Below, piece by piece: positions 1 to 15,200 of a DNA stretch of 64,000 nt. The DNA is from Acanthaster planci (taxonomy: Eukaryota). Below the pieces are notes generated by a model. The model saw only the letters and a list, made by a program, of their open reading frames with translations. It had not been told where the DNA came from and did no database searches. The position numbers and the translations under genes are program-made. Location of the stretch: positions 3,630,569 through 3,694,568 of the forward strand of contig NW_019091358.1 of NCBI RefSeq assembly GCF_001949145.1, written 5' to 3'. How positions within the stretch are numbered: the stretch's first letter is position 1; the number at the start of each line of letters is the position of its first letter.

Positions 1-3000
1 ATTCACTTCAGAGAAATGGAACACAGCAACTATGCACAGACAGGACAAATGTTTGCCTCTTGGCATTTGCATGAGCAAACTATTTTGGTCAAAGAAGTCA
101 AACCAGATGGGAATTTTTTGTAGTATCTACATGGCATGGACTTAAAATTTTAATTCTTAAAATTTCCCAAGGTTGTTTTTACCACCTCCAAAAATTTGAT
201 TGCAAAAACAGTTGAAGGGAATAGTGTGAAATACGTCAGTGCACGTACATGTAGACTATAGGCCTATGTGTAAAACACCAGTCAGACCAATTCTTTGATA
301 ATTTCATGAAGATGTCAAACGCTGATTTTTACAGAATGAGAAGTGTGGTTAATAAATTTTACACAAACGCTACAATTTTGTGCATACAAAGTGCCAATTT
401 TGAGAAGTTGCTACGAACTGTAGTTTGCTAAACACAAACAAGATTTGACTTAGTGGACTCTGGCTGCAAACCCAAATAATGGGTGATCTTGTATTTTAAA
501 ATTGACTGGTTCTCTTGCCACTTGCCGATGTAGATACGCGTACATATAAGAAAGTACCCTCATTTTTCATTGAAGTAGTCCGCAACCTTCATTCTTCATC
601 AGGCTGCAACTGTTGTCTTGGTGGGTGTAGCAGCCAGAGCAAACACTAAACTATGCCTGTCTAAGCAATCATTCAGTTTAAAGAAGTTTGTCATCCATGA
701 ACTCAGCGTTGTGTCGTGTCTCACTTGGAATTCTGAGGCACATACTGACCATGGAAGAGAGATTTCCTCTTTGAACACAGATCTTCTTGTAATTCCAGTT
801 GCAATTGCTCAGTCGTGATAAATAAAACCTGGCCCCCATACTTGATTTGAAGTGTCATAAATCAGATAAGTTGCAAATGTAACCATTGTCAATGACTTAT
901 GTTGGGATATGTCACTACGGCCTCAGGAAACCTTTCACTTCCAGATTTTCAACTATGCCATTGGTAGGATGGCATAATCACAGGGTCAACTTTATACTTC
1001 TGCTGCCCTCATTCCCTTCCCCTTTTTGACAGGGTTAATTTGAACTAACAGGTGGTGTTTCAGTTTAAATCTTGAAATAAATTATGACTTATTACTTTCA
1101 CATTGGGATCAATTGGGATTCATAAGTCTGGTGGAATTTTAGAGTAAGCCTAGATTTTTTTTTCCTAATCTCAGATTTATGGCATTCTTGGGGGTCAGGT
1201 TACTCTATCATAATTTTTCCCCTTCTCTGAGGGTTCTCCCCTGGGGGTCATATTATCGCACCTTGTGAGGGACAGCTACATCTGGATCCTAATTGGTCAG
1301 TTAACATCTGTCAGGTCCAACACATGGTCCTAATTGGCTGGCCAGGTAGAAGTCAGAGTCTCAGGGAAACAGGTGTTATGCGCGAGATTATTTTGAGAGA
1401 ATTTTGCTACAAACACAGATTTTTCCCCTGATCATACCACAACATGTCAGTCACCACTGCCTTTGCTAGGTAGGTTACCAGACTCTTTATGAGCACTGTG
1501 TGTAGCATATTGTGCATTTGGCATCAAACAGTGTATCTCATTTGAAGTGCAAGTGTTCGAACAAAATAATTGAACCCGGTTTAGTTTGAGACCAAAGAGC
1601 AACTCCAAGATGTTTTTATCCTAGAGAAGAACCTCACACATGTACTGGAATTTACATGGAGAGAGTTGTAATGGAGGCAGTTACAAAATGAAATTACAAG
1701 GAACAGGACATTTATATATCTTATTACATTTATTCTATAGACTAGATCTTCTAATGAATTAGTTACAACTTTGCAAGATGTAAATTTTCAATGAACGCAG
1801 TCACCCACTTAGATCTCACATGCATTTGTAATGTACAGCTTCCAAATACGCATTCATAAAAGTGAATTTGGCTCCAACTTTTGAAAAAAATCAATGTCTT
1901 CATCCATACTGGGCTATTTTGTGTGAGTTAATTTTGATCTGAGAAATGTTACATGATCAAGGATTTCCCTTGGGAGGTACACTATTGTGGAAATTTATTA
2001 AAATACTCAAAATACTAAAAATATGTAGCCGTAACTATCGCATCAGGCTCATGAAGGAGACAGAAGTGAACTGGATTTCTGTCCTTTACAAATTGGAAAG
2101 AAGGGTAGTTGACCAACTTTGTGATGCCCAAGGAAGCAGGTATGTGGCATAGAAACCATTTCACATATAAGCCAAAGCTGTTAAGAAACCTACCTTGAAC
2201 AGATGGATATAAAGGGAATGACCCTTATACCATTATCAACCTTCTCTTGCAGTTGTTTGCAGATGTATACATTTCCATTTTATTCCGATTCTTCTCTTTC
2301 TTATACGAGGAGACAGATTATTTTTACAACTTCAATGGATAAAGGTAAAACTGATTTCACAATCTTGGAGGTCTAGTCAGCATCCCTGAACTTGACTTCA
2401 TAAACCTTTTGAAGCAAACTTCATAAAACTAGTTTGTAATAAAAAGAAAAAATAATAAAAATGAATGGGAACCAAACACAGGCTGCTTACATTCAGTATC
2501 TGTTTTATATTATAATAAATTCTTCTGTGCCATGTGAATCTGGGGGTATCCACAGGAAAACCTGCTGTCAGAGTCCAACCCTATGTCCAGCTGAACTAAA
2601 AGAACATGATCAGGCCATCAAATGTCAGTCCCTTGATGCTTCTCTAAAGTGAAGTAGCATGGATACTCCAGGTGTGCGCATGCATGCGCCTCATAAAAGC
2701 TGGGTTGATCGAACTGTTCATCCAACTAAAGCATAGATCTCTAGCAGTACTACAAAAGCAGCATCTGTTGGAATGGGATGCTAATTTTGCCTGACAACTC
2801 TGAATTTACTCAAAGTCTCCAGACGCTATCCACTTGGGGTTAGCCATCCTATCCCTAGAGAATTTCCCTACCAGTGGGCAGCTTTTTTCTAGAAGTCCTT
2901 GGTGGCTAATAATGAAGTAGAAGTGTCGCTGACCTCAGCGATTAAAAGATTTGCCTGCTAGATTAAACCCAGTGGGGCCAACTGGATGAAAGAACAGTGG

Positions 3001-6000
3001 GGAAAGCAAGGATATCATAGATTGACAAAGATGATAGCATTATGAGTGGTTACCCACACAGGTAAATAGTGATTGTTTGGGCTGCGTCCTCCTGGCGCCA
3101 TGGATACAGTCATATTTTAGACTTGGTTAAAGTTCATCGTGAACCAGGCTAAACGGTTCAATATTTTTAAGAGGGAGAGTGTGGGAGGTGATCTGGAGAG
3201 TTGTTGGCATCGGCGCTGGATGCCCTGAACAATGCCATATCATGGTTTTCCTCAACTCTGTTTCATTTACACGTATCTGATTCCACAGTTTTAAAACGGG
3301 ATTTTGTCTGGAATTTCCATATGCAACCAATACTTAATGTCTGTGTAACCAATAGCTCCATGGTGTAACTGTTTCAGCTTATGCATGGCACAAATATTGC
3401 AACACCAAATTTCGCTCATAGGGATTGTAGAGCATGGCCTAGCCTCACCAATGCTGGGTCCAAACTTGGGCTCATGAAAGCTTGGCTTCATAAAGACTCC
3501 AACATCCTTAACTCTTTTCAGTGTTCGTCCCAAAAAATGTTAAACTTTAATAGGACAAAAATTGTGCACATTTCTACAAGTAATACTTCTCCAGTAGCCT
3601 AAATGACAGTACTTTAACTTGCCTTTCAGGGGGCAGGGAAGGGGAAAGTGTTCATTCTTTCCTTTAAACTCTAACTTCCTCGTGTGTGAAAAATAAATTA
3701 TGTTTGAAAGAGGAGGATTTCGCCCAGATAGGTTGAAGTGATGAAATTTGTGGAAATCTCTGTTAACACTCCTGTATTAACTCTCTTGTATCATCTTATA
3801 TGGACATTTGTTTGACAGGATTCAGTGAAAAAAACACTGTAGATGAAAATCAAATCGAGCAAATGAGTCACCCAAATTTAAATCAACAGGAACCAGGGCT
3901 GGATTATTCAATAAGCACAGGAAGCTCTTTAGAAAGGACCTACGAAATACTGGGGGCCTTCAACAAATTTGAAGCCTACAAAAATACCACAGCATGCTAT
4001 CAAACACATAGGCCCACACACACAACCACACCAATGTATGTCAGAATTTTCAATGATTTGGCATCTATCTCTGAATTTTTAATTTGGGGAGGCTTCAAAC
4101 TAGCAGCTTCATGGCTTTGTACAGCTTCGTTTCAAATTGAAATGCTAGATTTCAGCCCTTACCAGCTCTTTGAAATTGATGATACGACCCACGATCCAGG
4201 GGAAAGCAGGGTTCTAAGGGCAACAGAACACTTGATCTGAGCCTGATAGGAATCTAAACAATTTTCACTCCCTTATAGTCCATTTTAAATAAGCTCAGTG
4301 TGCTTTCTTTTCTAATGCAAACTTAACCCAAATTGCCGGAGAGAAAAATGCTTGTAAGACTCATTTTGTGGGATCTACCCCAAAAACCTGGATAGTGCAT
4401 CAGCCCTTACCAGTCTCCCAACATTCACCATTCCAAGTTGATATACCAGCTTGCTGTGGGCAAGAAGTTTAAGTTTCCCCAAGAGCTATTCTCTGCCTCT
4501 CAGAGCAGCAGAACAAGGATCCCATATAGGTCTTGGGATTAGAGTTACACACTTTTGCTGAGAGAATTTTGTTTCTCCAGAAAGCCGTCTGCCCCAAAAA
4601 TGTTTCATGGGTGATCCTTTTGAGGTGGAGGAGACAAGAAAGTTAACTGTCCTTTGGTGTTGGTTGGGGGGTTCTTTCTGCATGCTGCCCAACAAATCAT
4701 GACATGAAGTACACTTAGAGTCCAACATGGAGCTCTAGGCTCTATGCTTACAGTTAAGGAACATGGAAATTTTCTTGTGCAAGTTATAAGTGCAGGTGTC
4801 CCGGTTCAGTTATTGCCTCCAGTAAAAACCAAACTCACTGAAGTGTAGTGGGGCTTAAGACCTATTGAAAGCTCATCACCAGACTTCTCATCACCAAATA
4901 AGATAGTGCCTAAATACTATGCAAACAAGTAAACTGCAAATGGCCTGCAGCAGTCTTGGTCCCAGTCAGGTCCCTCTCCCTGCCACTCTCCTGTACAATA
5001 GCCCCTAATACCCACTTTCATATCTTTGCTGTCCTTATCACGTCCTTGACAGTAGAACTTTGATGGGAGCCGTGAGTGTTTGGTTTGGCAGATCCCTGGC
5101 AGATCCTTGTGTGGTTACTTGCTGAGATTGTGTAGACCATGGGGGTTTTCGAGAATCTCTTTTATGTTTTTTTTTTTGGGGGGGGGGATTTCATGTCATA
5201 GGTGCTGACTGTATCCCTTAAGGGCTTTTGATGCTGCCAGGGGGCTTTAAGTAGAGGAAGATGCCGTAATTCTCTACCGTGGATGATGCATGCACGCAGT
5301 CATTCTATTCAGTTACCAAATTTGGCACTGTACAAGTTTGTAAATGTTTGAGCTTTGTTGATAAATGACAGACATGCCCATGCTTGATTGAGGGTACATT
5401 AACTGTAGAGTAAAATCCCTGGAAATTTCCTGTACCATTGGCAACTGTTATTTTTTCCAGTATAAGCTATGTTTGACAAAAATGAAAGAAATGTTCCTCT
5501 TTTATTCACTTTTCAAGAGGAAGTGAAAAATTAATAATATCAAGATTTGGAAAGAAAAAGATTGTAAAAGAAGAGAAGCTATGGAATTAATAACCAGCCA
5601 GCAGGGGAAGTGAATCTAATCTAATTCAGGCTTTTCAAAAATACCTCAAAACTTACTTATTTTTCAGTCCCCCTTAGGAATCTGTACATTTCTTTGTATT
5701 TACTGATCTCCGTTTTTAACTTTTTTGTTTTCTTTTTAAGTACTTGTTTTAAAAGCACTGGATTAGTATTGGTTTTATTATTTTTTTCATAACCAGCAGG
5801 GGCGAGGGGTTGAATTGGAGCATGGAGTTTGGTTGAATATTCTAGTGAAAACTTTCTGCCACTTTTTATTCAAGAAAGCAGTTTATTTATTTACCTTTGG
5901 GCCTGATGATTTTTTTTTTCAATTCAGGCACTCACAGACTGTCAGAAAATTGGGAACTATCACAGCTAGAGACAGTGTGTGAACTTGGCACGGGGTCCGG

Positions 6001-6250
6001 TTTAGATTAAATGTGGTGTCAATGAAGGACGGCAATAGATCTGTGTATGTCATCAAAGGATGTTGCATGGAGGGAATAGGGTAATTCTGTCTGGTTTCTC
6101 GCCTGGACAAAAAAAATGTGAACACAAAAACATGCTGTTTACAAGGAGTCTTGAAAAATAGTCAAGCAACACCACCTTCGGCAAAAGAGTTATGATTTTG
6201 AATGTTTTTTTCCGTTACGGGTTCTGTAGATTGTAATGATTTTGTGTGGA

Positions 6251-6266
6251 TGTGTGTGTGTGTGTG
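6251..6266. repeat. (TG)8 microsatellite
   Basis: tgtgtgtgtgtgtgtg read directly. Confidence 0.85.
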
Positions 6267-6733
6267 ACCCTATACAGTACCGTGTATTTAACATAAGATG
6301 TATCAATTGAAATATTAAACCCATGTACTGAATACAAGTGAGGTACCCCTGTGGCTTTCAGGTGCAACCCTTGATTTATCTTCTTTATGCTTTGTGATTA
6401 AAATGAAGCAAAAGTATTTACAACATTCACGCTGGCTACATAGTTTATTTTGTCGGTGTATGTAACCCTGAGGAACATTGTCAAACACCATGAAAATGTT
6501 ACAACAGGTGTAGTTTGGTATGAATAATATATATGATATGACTCATGGACAAAATGCGTTTGCACTTTTGTGAACCTGAAGTGTAAATGATGCTGTTTAT
6601 TCAGCATTTTGGGGCCATTACTCTGAGCAGCACTGTGGAATGTTCAAATTACATTTGTGCCTGACAATACTTACAACCTCAAACCAGGGTCATTAATATG
6701 AGACTGTCGTATAAACCTACCTTAAAATACCCC

Positions 6734-7007
6734 CAAACAGCGGCGCCATTTTTGCTGAATGAGTAATCCTGGTCAAGTAGATCGAGTGTCAGCTAGTTAG
6801 ACAAATTTCTCAGTCATGTTGAAAGTTTTTTAGATTGATTTCCGGAAGCTTGAAGGGTTGAAATTACATGTCGTAATTGGGTGAAAAAAGGCAATGTGTT
6901 GGCTCCTGTAAATAACAAATGGCATCTACCCCAGAGTTTTAAATTAAGCAAAATGAAACTTGATGAGGATTACTCCAGCAGACTAATTTCACTGTAATCG
7001 CCGTTTG
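6734..7007. mobile_element. Degenerate inverted-repeat element
   Basis: caaacagcg..tgctg..gagtaatcctggtcaagt versus acttgatgaggattactccagca..cgccgtttg. Confidence 0.45.
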
Positions 7008-10000
7008 CACTTTTCCATCCATCCTCATCAGTATGCAAGGTCAGGCTTAACGTTTTGGATGGTAGAATTTTCTTATCATGCACTTCTGCTTCACTGACTC
7101 ACAGTCTTCTAAGATTTCAATTCTGCCTTTGTAAGATGTAAGTACTTTATCGACTCTCTGTAAGTAAGTTGTGCTTGTTTCAAGAAAACTACTATTCAGA
7201 CATTATCGAGGAATACCTCTGTCTTCTTGGCCACAATTTGTAAGAGATGGCAACAGTCAAACACGATTTGAAATCTACTTTCCTCGAAAAACCTTGTATT
7301 TCATAACCAAACCACCTAAAACAGTTGAAATTAATTTTTTTTTGCTGATGCAAAGCAATGGCTGGCTTCTCTCATTTTGGGCTTGAAAATTAGAGGGCAT
7401 TATAATCTGAGCCCAGCTCAAAGGTTTGTTATGTCAATCTAATAACACGATGTGATCTATAAGCAGTGATTATGGCATTGGATATGTCATGGACCCTTCA
7501 AGAGTGGATTAGGGGTGAGCAATGAGTGCCCTGCCCCTCCCCCCCACAAAAAAACAACAACAGGAGTGCTCATGCATGCACAAAATTTTTTTTTTAAATA
7601 AAGGGAGAAAGGTAGTTTTAGCCTCAACCCTCAGAAAGGCCACAAAAGGTTACATAAAAAATACCCCAAGTTTTGCACCTCCCCTTCGAAAATTTTCTTT
7701 TCAATCCACCCCTTGGACATTGAGGTGTTGCCATTATACAGTAAAGGGGACAGGATCAAGCATATCTTCAAAAACTTGGTGGTCCAAAAGAGGGCCGTCA
7801 AATGTTCACACAGGAGAGCGGAGATTACCTCTGCCCTGGCACAATGTAACTGCAGCTCCTTATTGAAACTGTTTCTCCTCGCCACACAGGACTGTTCCTG
7901 TTATTCCAACAAATATCATTTTTCAGTAAACACACAGTCCCTCCAGGGATTTTTACCTGTCTGACTTTCCACTCCTCTGGCATATACTGTTTGTGTCAGT
8001 CTGGCATTACCCATTTCATATCTATCAGTACCACTCCGGACCAGCCCTGCTGTGCTGGGTAGTAAATGTGAGAAGAAATGCATGCATCCAAAGCATTTCC
8101 AACTGTCGCTGGAAGAGAGACTTGGATTTAAATGTAGTAGGCGGGATTCAGCAGACTATGATGATTGGTTAGTCTCCTGCTCTTTGGAACAAGTGAGAAC
8201 ACTCAGCACATAGTTTTTGTTGGCAACTTTTTATTGGATTGGCTGATTTCATCGCCTGTTACTTCCAATGTATGCCATTGCGCATTGAAAAACACTCTAC
8301 CGAATCTTGCACAGCTCAGGATTTCCTTGATGATTCTGTCGAATCTGTTACATGCCTGACATTAATTTGTTCACGTTGATGTATCACTATTGTTTAGGTA
8401 TTTATTTAAATAGGCCAGTGTAAGAAAAAGAAATCAAATCTTAATCATGCAGACAACATTGACTTTTGTAGCTAAGGGCCTGTCACTTGAATTTGCCTGT
8501 CTGATAACTGATTTAACCAACACCATACTTTCACCTGACAACATGTAGGCATAAAAGTATGAAAATCTGGCATTTAAAGATTACTGCTGTATGCATTTAG
8601 TCTTTGAAGGTTTAGGCCTCGGTCAGATCTGCTTTTTGACACACATCATAATTGCATAGCTTCGAAGAACTTCAAGTTTCACATTTATATCAAGCCAAAA
8701 AAAGTCCACTTTTCCTTACTCTAAACACAAAGTTTAATGGAAAAATTTTCTTTCACAAACAACCAGCCATTCTTTGTTGTAAACCTCGCCCACTCCTTGC
8801 CAAAGATCTTATCAAAAAGTACACCCAGCACCCTGGTCATTGTTGCACTAATCCACAAAAAAGTTACTGAATATTACAAAAATGAGGTCTGCAATTTCAG
8901 GAAGGCAGAGTATTTTTTCCCCTCATTTCTTTCTCCTAATCTAATATAATCTTGAGTCCTGTCGGCAATTACATGTACTTGAATAAACTGCCGATTTTGA
9001 GGAGAATTTGTTCTGGCAAGTTCATGACCCTTTTGGATGTAGGTTAGTGCTTACCAATGCCCCTGCACAGATTAGTGTTACTCTGGACTTTTTTTTTACA
9101 CTCGGCAAATAAGGAAACGATCCCTGGAATTAAATCTAACAAAAGTGGGAAAATGCAAAACTCGCGCATACATTTAGCATGTCCCAGAAGGACGTGTACA
9201 GCTTCATTGTGTGATTCACCAAAAGTCAAACACTACCAGAAATGCAGATATAAATTGATGCTTGAAAATTTAAAAATAACATGTCATGTATTTGTGCTCT
9301 GTTTTTGTTCTTAAAAAGTTTCATTCTCTCACATTTTGACCTATTTGTGTTGGGTGCTGCTGTTACTGTGAACAATCAAATTAAATTAAAAATTAGCCCA
9401 AGCCAACTTCCCAAAACTAGCCTTTTCCAATAAATTAAACATTCTTGAGTCTAAAAGTTTAATTCAGTTGACAACATAAAAAAAAAACAGTCAAGTAGAC
9501 GGATACAATAAACCTGCAGCCTGACAAAAAGGCATTGACTTTGCATGTCCCAGCGTAGATGAACTCAGCAATGTTTCTGATGGCCCTCATTAATGGTGGA
9601 AAACACTGTGTTGGGTTTTCATGGAGCTACTGCCACCGGGAACGGTGGCTCCCTAAACTAGTTTTAGACTATAGGGCATGGACCCTATATTCCCTCCAAT
9701 TATGATTTAATGCTTAGGCCCACTGCCATCTGTGTGGGCAACTGCAGGTGAATAGCGACATTGTTACCAAGTCACCTGATAACCATTTTACCTGAACCTT
9801 AAATTCTAGGCCTCCTCCCTAAAATGCTGCAATAACCGCGAAAACGATCAAATTAATTGTGAAAATACATGTTGAGAACTTGCAAGTCGTTCCTGTCTGA
9901 ATTGAGTAATGGTGCTGTTGTTTTAGCATTACAGGGTGATACTGCATTAAAAGTCCAGAGTTGTGGGTAAAAACAAGTCATTTTGGGATGTAGCCTGAGG

Positions 10001-12203
10001 TTCAAATTGACTGTGCCCTACATAGGCTGTATAGGAACTGTCCATTATTAATTGATATTATTTACATGTATGTGGGGACACAGTTCACTATATACATAGG
10101 TAAGTAATGTGTTCAGTTTAATGTCAAAGTTTCAGACCATTTTCAAATTAAAAAAAAAAATCATTCTCACTTTGGTTGTCCTTTTCAGGGTGGAGTCAAA
10201 AATCCCTGGCTTTCCTTTTGTTAACACCTCCTGTCAGCTATATTGCCCCTTGTGGTTGATCATGGGAGATCTGCTTGAGGTCTTCAGAAGTTCAGCAGAT
10301 TATTGGCATTATCTTCTGTCTGACCATGGTCCGACCAGCTGCACCTGTCTCCATCATACGTCATCAAATTATCTAACCCTCTCCCCAAACTAAGGGATTC
10401 CAGATAGTTTTTACTCAATCATCAAAACCTAAGCCATTTTAAAGACATATTTTGTACCGAAATGATGAATGCCATTGACAGCTTTGAACTTTGACACAAA
10501 CCTCTGTCATTCACAACCAGAAATGTCCGTCAGGAAAAATTTGTCCAATCATATTGAAGGGTCATCTTGTGTCTTAAGAGAATTTAACTGTGAATAGATT
10601 CCTCCACATGAAGGGGGAAAATGTCAGTGAGGGAAAGGCCAGTTTATTTATGGTAGTGTCTCAATTTGTGGTTTTACACTTAGCGGTCATGTCAAGGAAA
10701 TTGCTCCCTTCCTCTGATGCGGCTCATGGGTAATCATTTTAGCAGTTGTCCTGGAGATAAACGTTTCCCCCCTCCACCTGCAAATGATGCGTCTTGACAG
10801 TCTCAGCGATATTAGGGAGCTGTCGCATTCAGTTACCCTGTTGTCAGGGGGAAAGGTGGGACAATTGCGACCGATGGTTTGAGGATTTCTGTCTCACCCA
10901 AGTGCCGATTCATGTCTCGTGTACCGTGAAAAGCTTAAAACATCATAAGTCGGATAGATTCTTAGTCTGATTCTTGAAATGAACCATTCGGTCAAGGTCA
11001 GGAAAAAAATGAAGTCAACCCTGAAAGTGTGTTTACTTCATAGCTACTGTCATTTTTCAATCATTTTTTAGTTTCTGCTCATGCTATGATCTCTGACTGG
11101 ACAGCACATGCCCATATGGCCACACACGTGAGGTCTCTTTGGCTCATTGTTTGGCCTCCAAAAAAGGTTGACACCCTCATTCTTGGTAGCAGAGTGCACT
11201 GTACACTTTTGTAATTTTCCACGGTTTCAAGCTGTATCAACTACCGGTACCAAGCAATAAATAATTCAAGGGTCCAAGATATATAAAAGTTTGACTTCAA
11301 GACCCCCTGTTGTAAATGAAGATAAACAGATAGCACTTAAAATTGCCTGTTAGAGTCCTGACACAGCACCCCACCATAACTAAGATTTTGAGTCCCTTAG
11401 TGAGATTTTATAACACACATCAGTGCCGGGCCTCCAAAGATGGCACCTATCGCATTTATCCCTCAGTCTCAATGCACTTATCCAATCAGTATAGAAATAG
11501 ATGAGTCGGCCTATGTTAGGTGCATGTAGTAAATGGTAGCTGGAAACATACCTGCTTCACTATCTTACCAAAATAGAGACTGTCCCACAGTATGATCTGG
11601 TTTTAGATTGGTATAATTTCTGAATGAAAAGGAAGTTATAAGAAAGCCCAGCAGACCCCTTTATAATTAAACTCTGACAATTTAACCATTATTGTAAGCA
11701 TATGTGACAAGCTCGGTCTTGTTATCTTTACGCTGTTATGGGTCATGTTGTGGAGTTGAAGTACTCCGACGGTTATGACACATACATTTAACAGAGATTT
11801 TTTAAAGAAATAAAATCAAAATATTCCTTTAAAATGTTCTGTTTTAGAGAGAACTAATTCACAAAAGTGGCAACCAACTGCTGCAGAAGTAGCGGTCAGG
11901 ATTTTCCTCAATTTCAATTTTACTGGTTGATTACAAGTTGCATTTGCCATTGCTGAAGTTGATTCCAACATACTTTTGTAAGTCCTCATGACTTCATAAA
12001 GTTTCACAACCTGCCTCAAACCACAAGCTATCCTAGGCCAGCAACAACTAGACAAGACATTCCTTCATCGTTCTTCATCCCTTCTCAGTTGTGATTCAAC
12101 TTGCTATTGTTTCGCTCTCCAACTTGTGATAAACTTGACTACAACAGGATGCTTTCTATTGCCCACATCATCATCTGTTGCCGTCTTTTTCTCACTTTTG
12201 CAG

Positions 12204-15200
12204 GAAACCAGGAGATGGCCTTCCTACAAGGCATGACCTCGGCCAGCATCACCTTCCACGTCACGCGGGCCTGCGGCAGCGGGGAGGTGGTAGAGTGCGG
12301 GTGTGCACAGAACAAAGGCCGCAAACACAACAAGGAGGCCGGCACGGGGGACTGGGCCTGGGGTGGCTGCTCGGACAACATCCGCTACGGCATGTACTTT
12401 ACGAGGGACTTCATCGACACAACGGACACCGGTGGCAATGACGTGACGGGCGCCAACCTGATGATGCAGCACAACTATGAGGCTGGGCTCAAGGTAGATA
12501 TATCCAGGAAAGCTGATTTTTAATGGGTATTTTACATAATGACCTCAAAGTTTGTTAACACATGCGCTATCCTACTGCAGTTAGTTTGGACACGATCCCT
12601 CAAGTCTTCATAGGAAAATGCATTTGTGCATGAAGTGTTCTGTAAGCTAAACTTGATGCCACTTATAATTTGGTGCAAAATATGTGCATACAAGATACTG
12701 AAAGCAAACTTTTATACGACTGCAATTAAATGTATTAATGCATGGTAACTTGGCTCGGGCAATCCGGAGGAGGGCTATGGAGACCATGGTCCCCCTCCAT
12801 AAAAAGTACAAAATTTTGTTTTTGACAAATAGTGAGAGGTGATTTTTTTTAAGGGGGACTGTGTCATTTCCCTTCCTTCCAAATATGTAAGAGCCCAAAA
12901 ATTTAGTTCAGCCGAAACAAGTTACATTTACGAGGTACAATGAAATTCCACAATTTTTGTCTCCCCCTCCAAAAAAGTCAGCTTCTGGGCTTAAGTGTTG
13001 CATTTGTTTGGTATGATAGCATTACTTGCTTCACATTTTGCCAGTAAATAGTTTTGAAGACAGGGTTCATCGGCCTAACCTTTTCTCTACAATATGAAGG
13101 ACATACAATATTATAATGTCATTAATAATATACATGTACATCTATACATTTTGGTTGCTGAGACCAGCTAGTGTAGAAATATTCTGGGTATGGTATTTTT
13201 TGAGAGATAGTAAAATTGTAAAAACAGCAAACATCATGCCATGTATTCTTGGCTATTCAAGAATCTTTAGTTCTGCTCTATGTGCACTGAAATAAGGACA
13301 GTATAAAAACCCCAATTTTTGTGACTTCACGGAGCATGTTTATGTAAATGTAATAGACATGGAAGAATAGTGGGGGGTGCACATAATTCCGCACATTCCT
13401 TCCTGACAAATACTATCCCAAAGGAAATCGTAGAAATATCCCAAGGAGAGACAGGTCATTGTCCCCTAGTTCAACCACCTGTGAAGATAATTGTCTTACT
13501 TCCCAGGGAAAGATGGGGGGGGTGAGAGTTGCTGTGTGATTTAAAACCTTGGAGCATGATCATACAGCTGCCTTGCCACTATTGATTGTTAATCCCCCTA
13601 TCATGACAGTCTAATCTCTCTCATTGGATTAAGGCAGTTGACTGTGCCAAACCACCAAACAGTGGAAGTTATTTAAAGAGATTATGTCCACAAAGATGCC
13701 ACTTTTTTTTATTGATGTGTCCATGGGGAACACCAGTCTAGTTGTTGGTTTTTGGAGAAGTCCCTGTGTGCCATTTTGTGCCCACTGTAGAAGCGGTAAC
13801 CTCACATTTTATTGTAGGTTGACCTTAGAGAATTGTGGGGATTAAAAAACAAAGAAGAAAACAGCTGGTCATTTATGCAGTGACTTACAATACGGTGTGT
13901 ATGTATGTGTGTAAAAATGAACTGGAGCATGAATGCTGATTTGGCAATCAATGTGTCCTTCATTATCTGCTCCAAGATGGCATGTTTTCACTGTAGCAAC
14001 AATGTCCGTTCAGTGGGAACCACACGTGCGAGCACAGATGCTTGTGTATTTGGCGCAGGCCTCTGCCACACTGATAGTCTTGGTCCCAAGATGTTACTAT
14101 ATCTGTGTTCGCGAAGTAAATTTTGCCAGTCAACAGAGGGCACTATGTGACAGCCGATTGTGCAAGATTATCGTATGCATAGTAACACATAGCACCCTTC
14201 TGAACATGTAAAGCATGGCCAAAAATATCCTCTAAATTTTCCCTGCACCTCTACCATTTTTGCTGAGATTCACATTTGTTTCATGCCTTGTTTCACTTGT
14301 GAATGTTTCAAAACTTCTACCCCTTCTCTTTGCCATGAGGGCAACTTGTCAAGACATTCAAATTTTCTAAGAAGGCAAAATCTAAAGAAACACTATATCT
14401 TGACAGTTAAGAAGCTTATCCCATTATGGAAAAGACCACAGTCAATCTGGCCGCAAAATGCTCAGTTTTGACAGACCCCTACTTCGTCCAAGCTGGGAGA
14501 CAGAGACAGAGAAACAGAAGGGAAAAAAAGAACACCAAGAATAGCCAGATTTGGCGGGTGAATCGGTTACCAGTCCCCAAGTCCCTTTAAAGAATTGAAA
14601 TGAAACCATCAGAGGACATTTTCCCCCTTCTTGAACTGTAACCGATACTGACACACGGAGGCTAAGCTGTCTGTGGCCAACAATAGTACCCACCAATACT
14701 TGCTGCCAGGACAGACAATGCAAAGCCAGCAACACCTCTAATCCTCACAAGGGAATTGTTGCCCAGCAAGGAAACTACTGGTTCTCCTTGCGCCCGGGTA
14801 AAGTCGCACCAGTCGTCTTTCTTTCGTCTTTCTCTCTCTTTTTTCTCCCTAACCACCTTTGAAATTCTGTGTTGACTTCCTGTCAGGAAAATTGAATCGT
14901 GGAGAAAATGGATTGGCACTTCGCACTGCGCAGGAAGAGGATAATGTGCATGTCCTTTCATGGAGCAATAAAAAAGGAGCTCCATGGTCCTTTCAAGTTG
15001 CGATCCAGTCTGGGTTGTTTGGTGCACCCATGATTGAGTAGGTTTGTCTCTGGTTGGGAATAATCCGATTACAGAGGTGAACATGTACCCATGGCTAGAG
15101 TCAAATGCATTAAAAAATGTATTTAAATCGTGATGTGGTTTGCAACATTTTGGCATGCTCCTGCATTATGGTCGCCTTGCTCATAACCCAGCAATTTAAA

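Noticed and set aside
3800..4240. 146-aa plus-strand ORF in the upstream Wnt intron
   Set aside because: No Wnt motifs, no recognisable domain, and AT-rich codon usage unlike the true Wnt exons.
14662..15156. 164-aa minus-strand ORF
   Set aside because: Runs through a low-complexity purine tract; composition is not protein-like.
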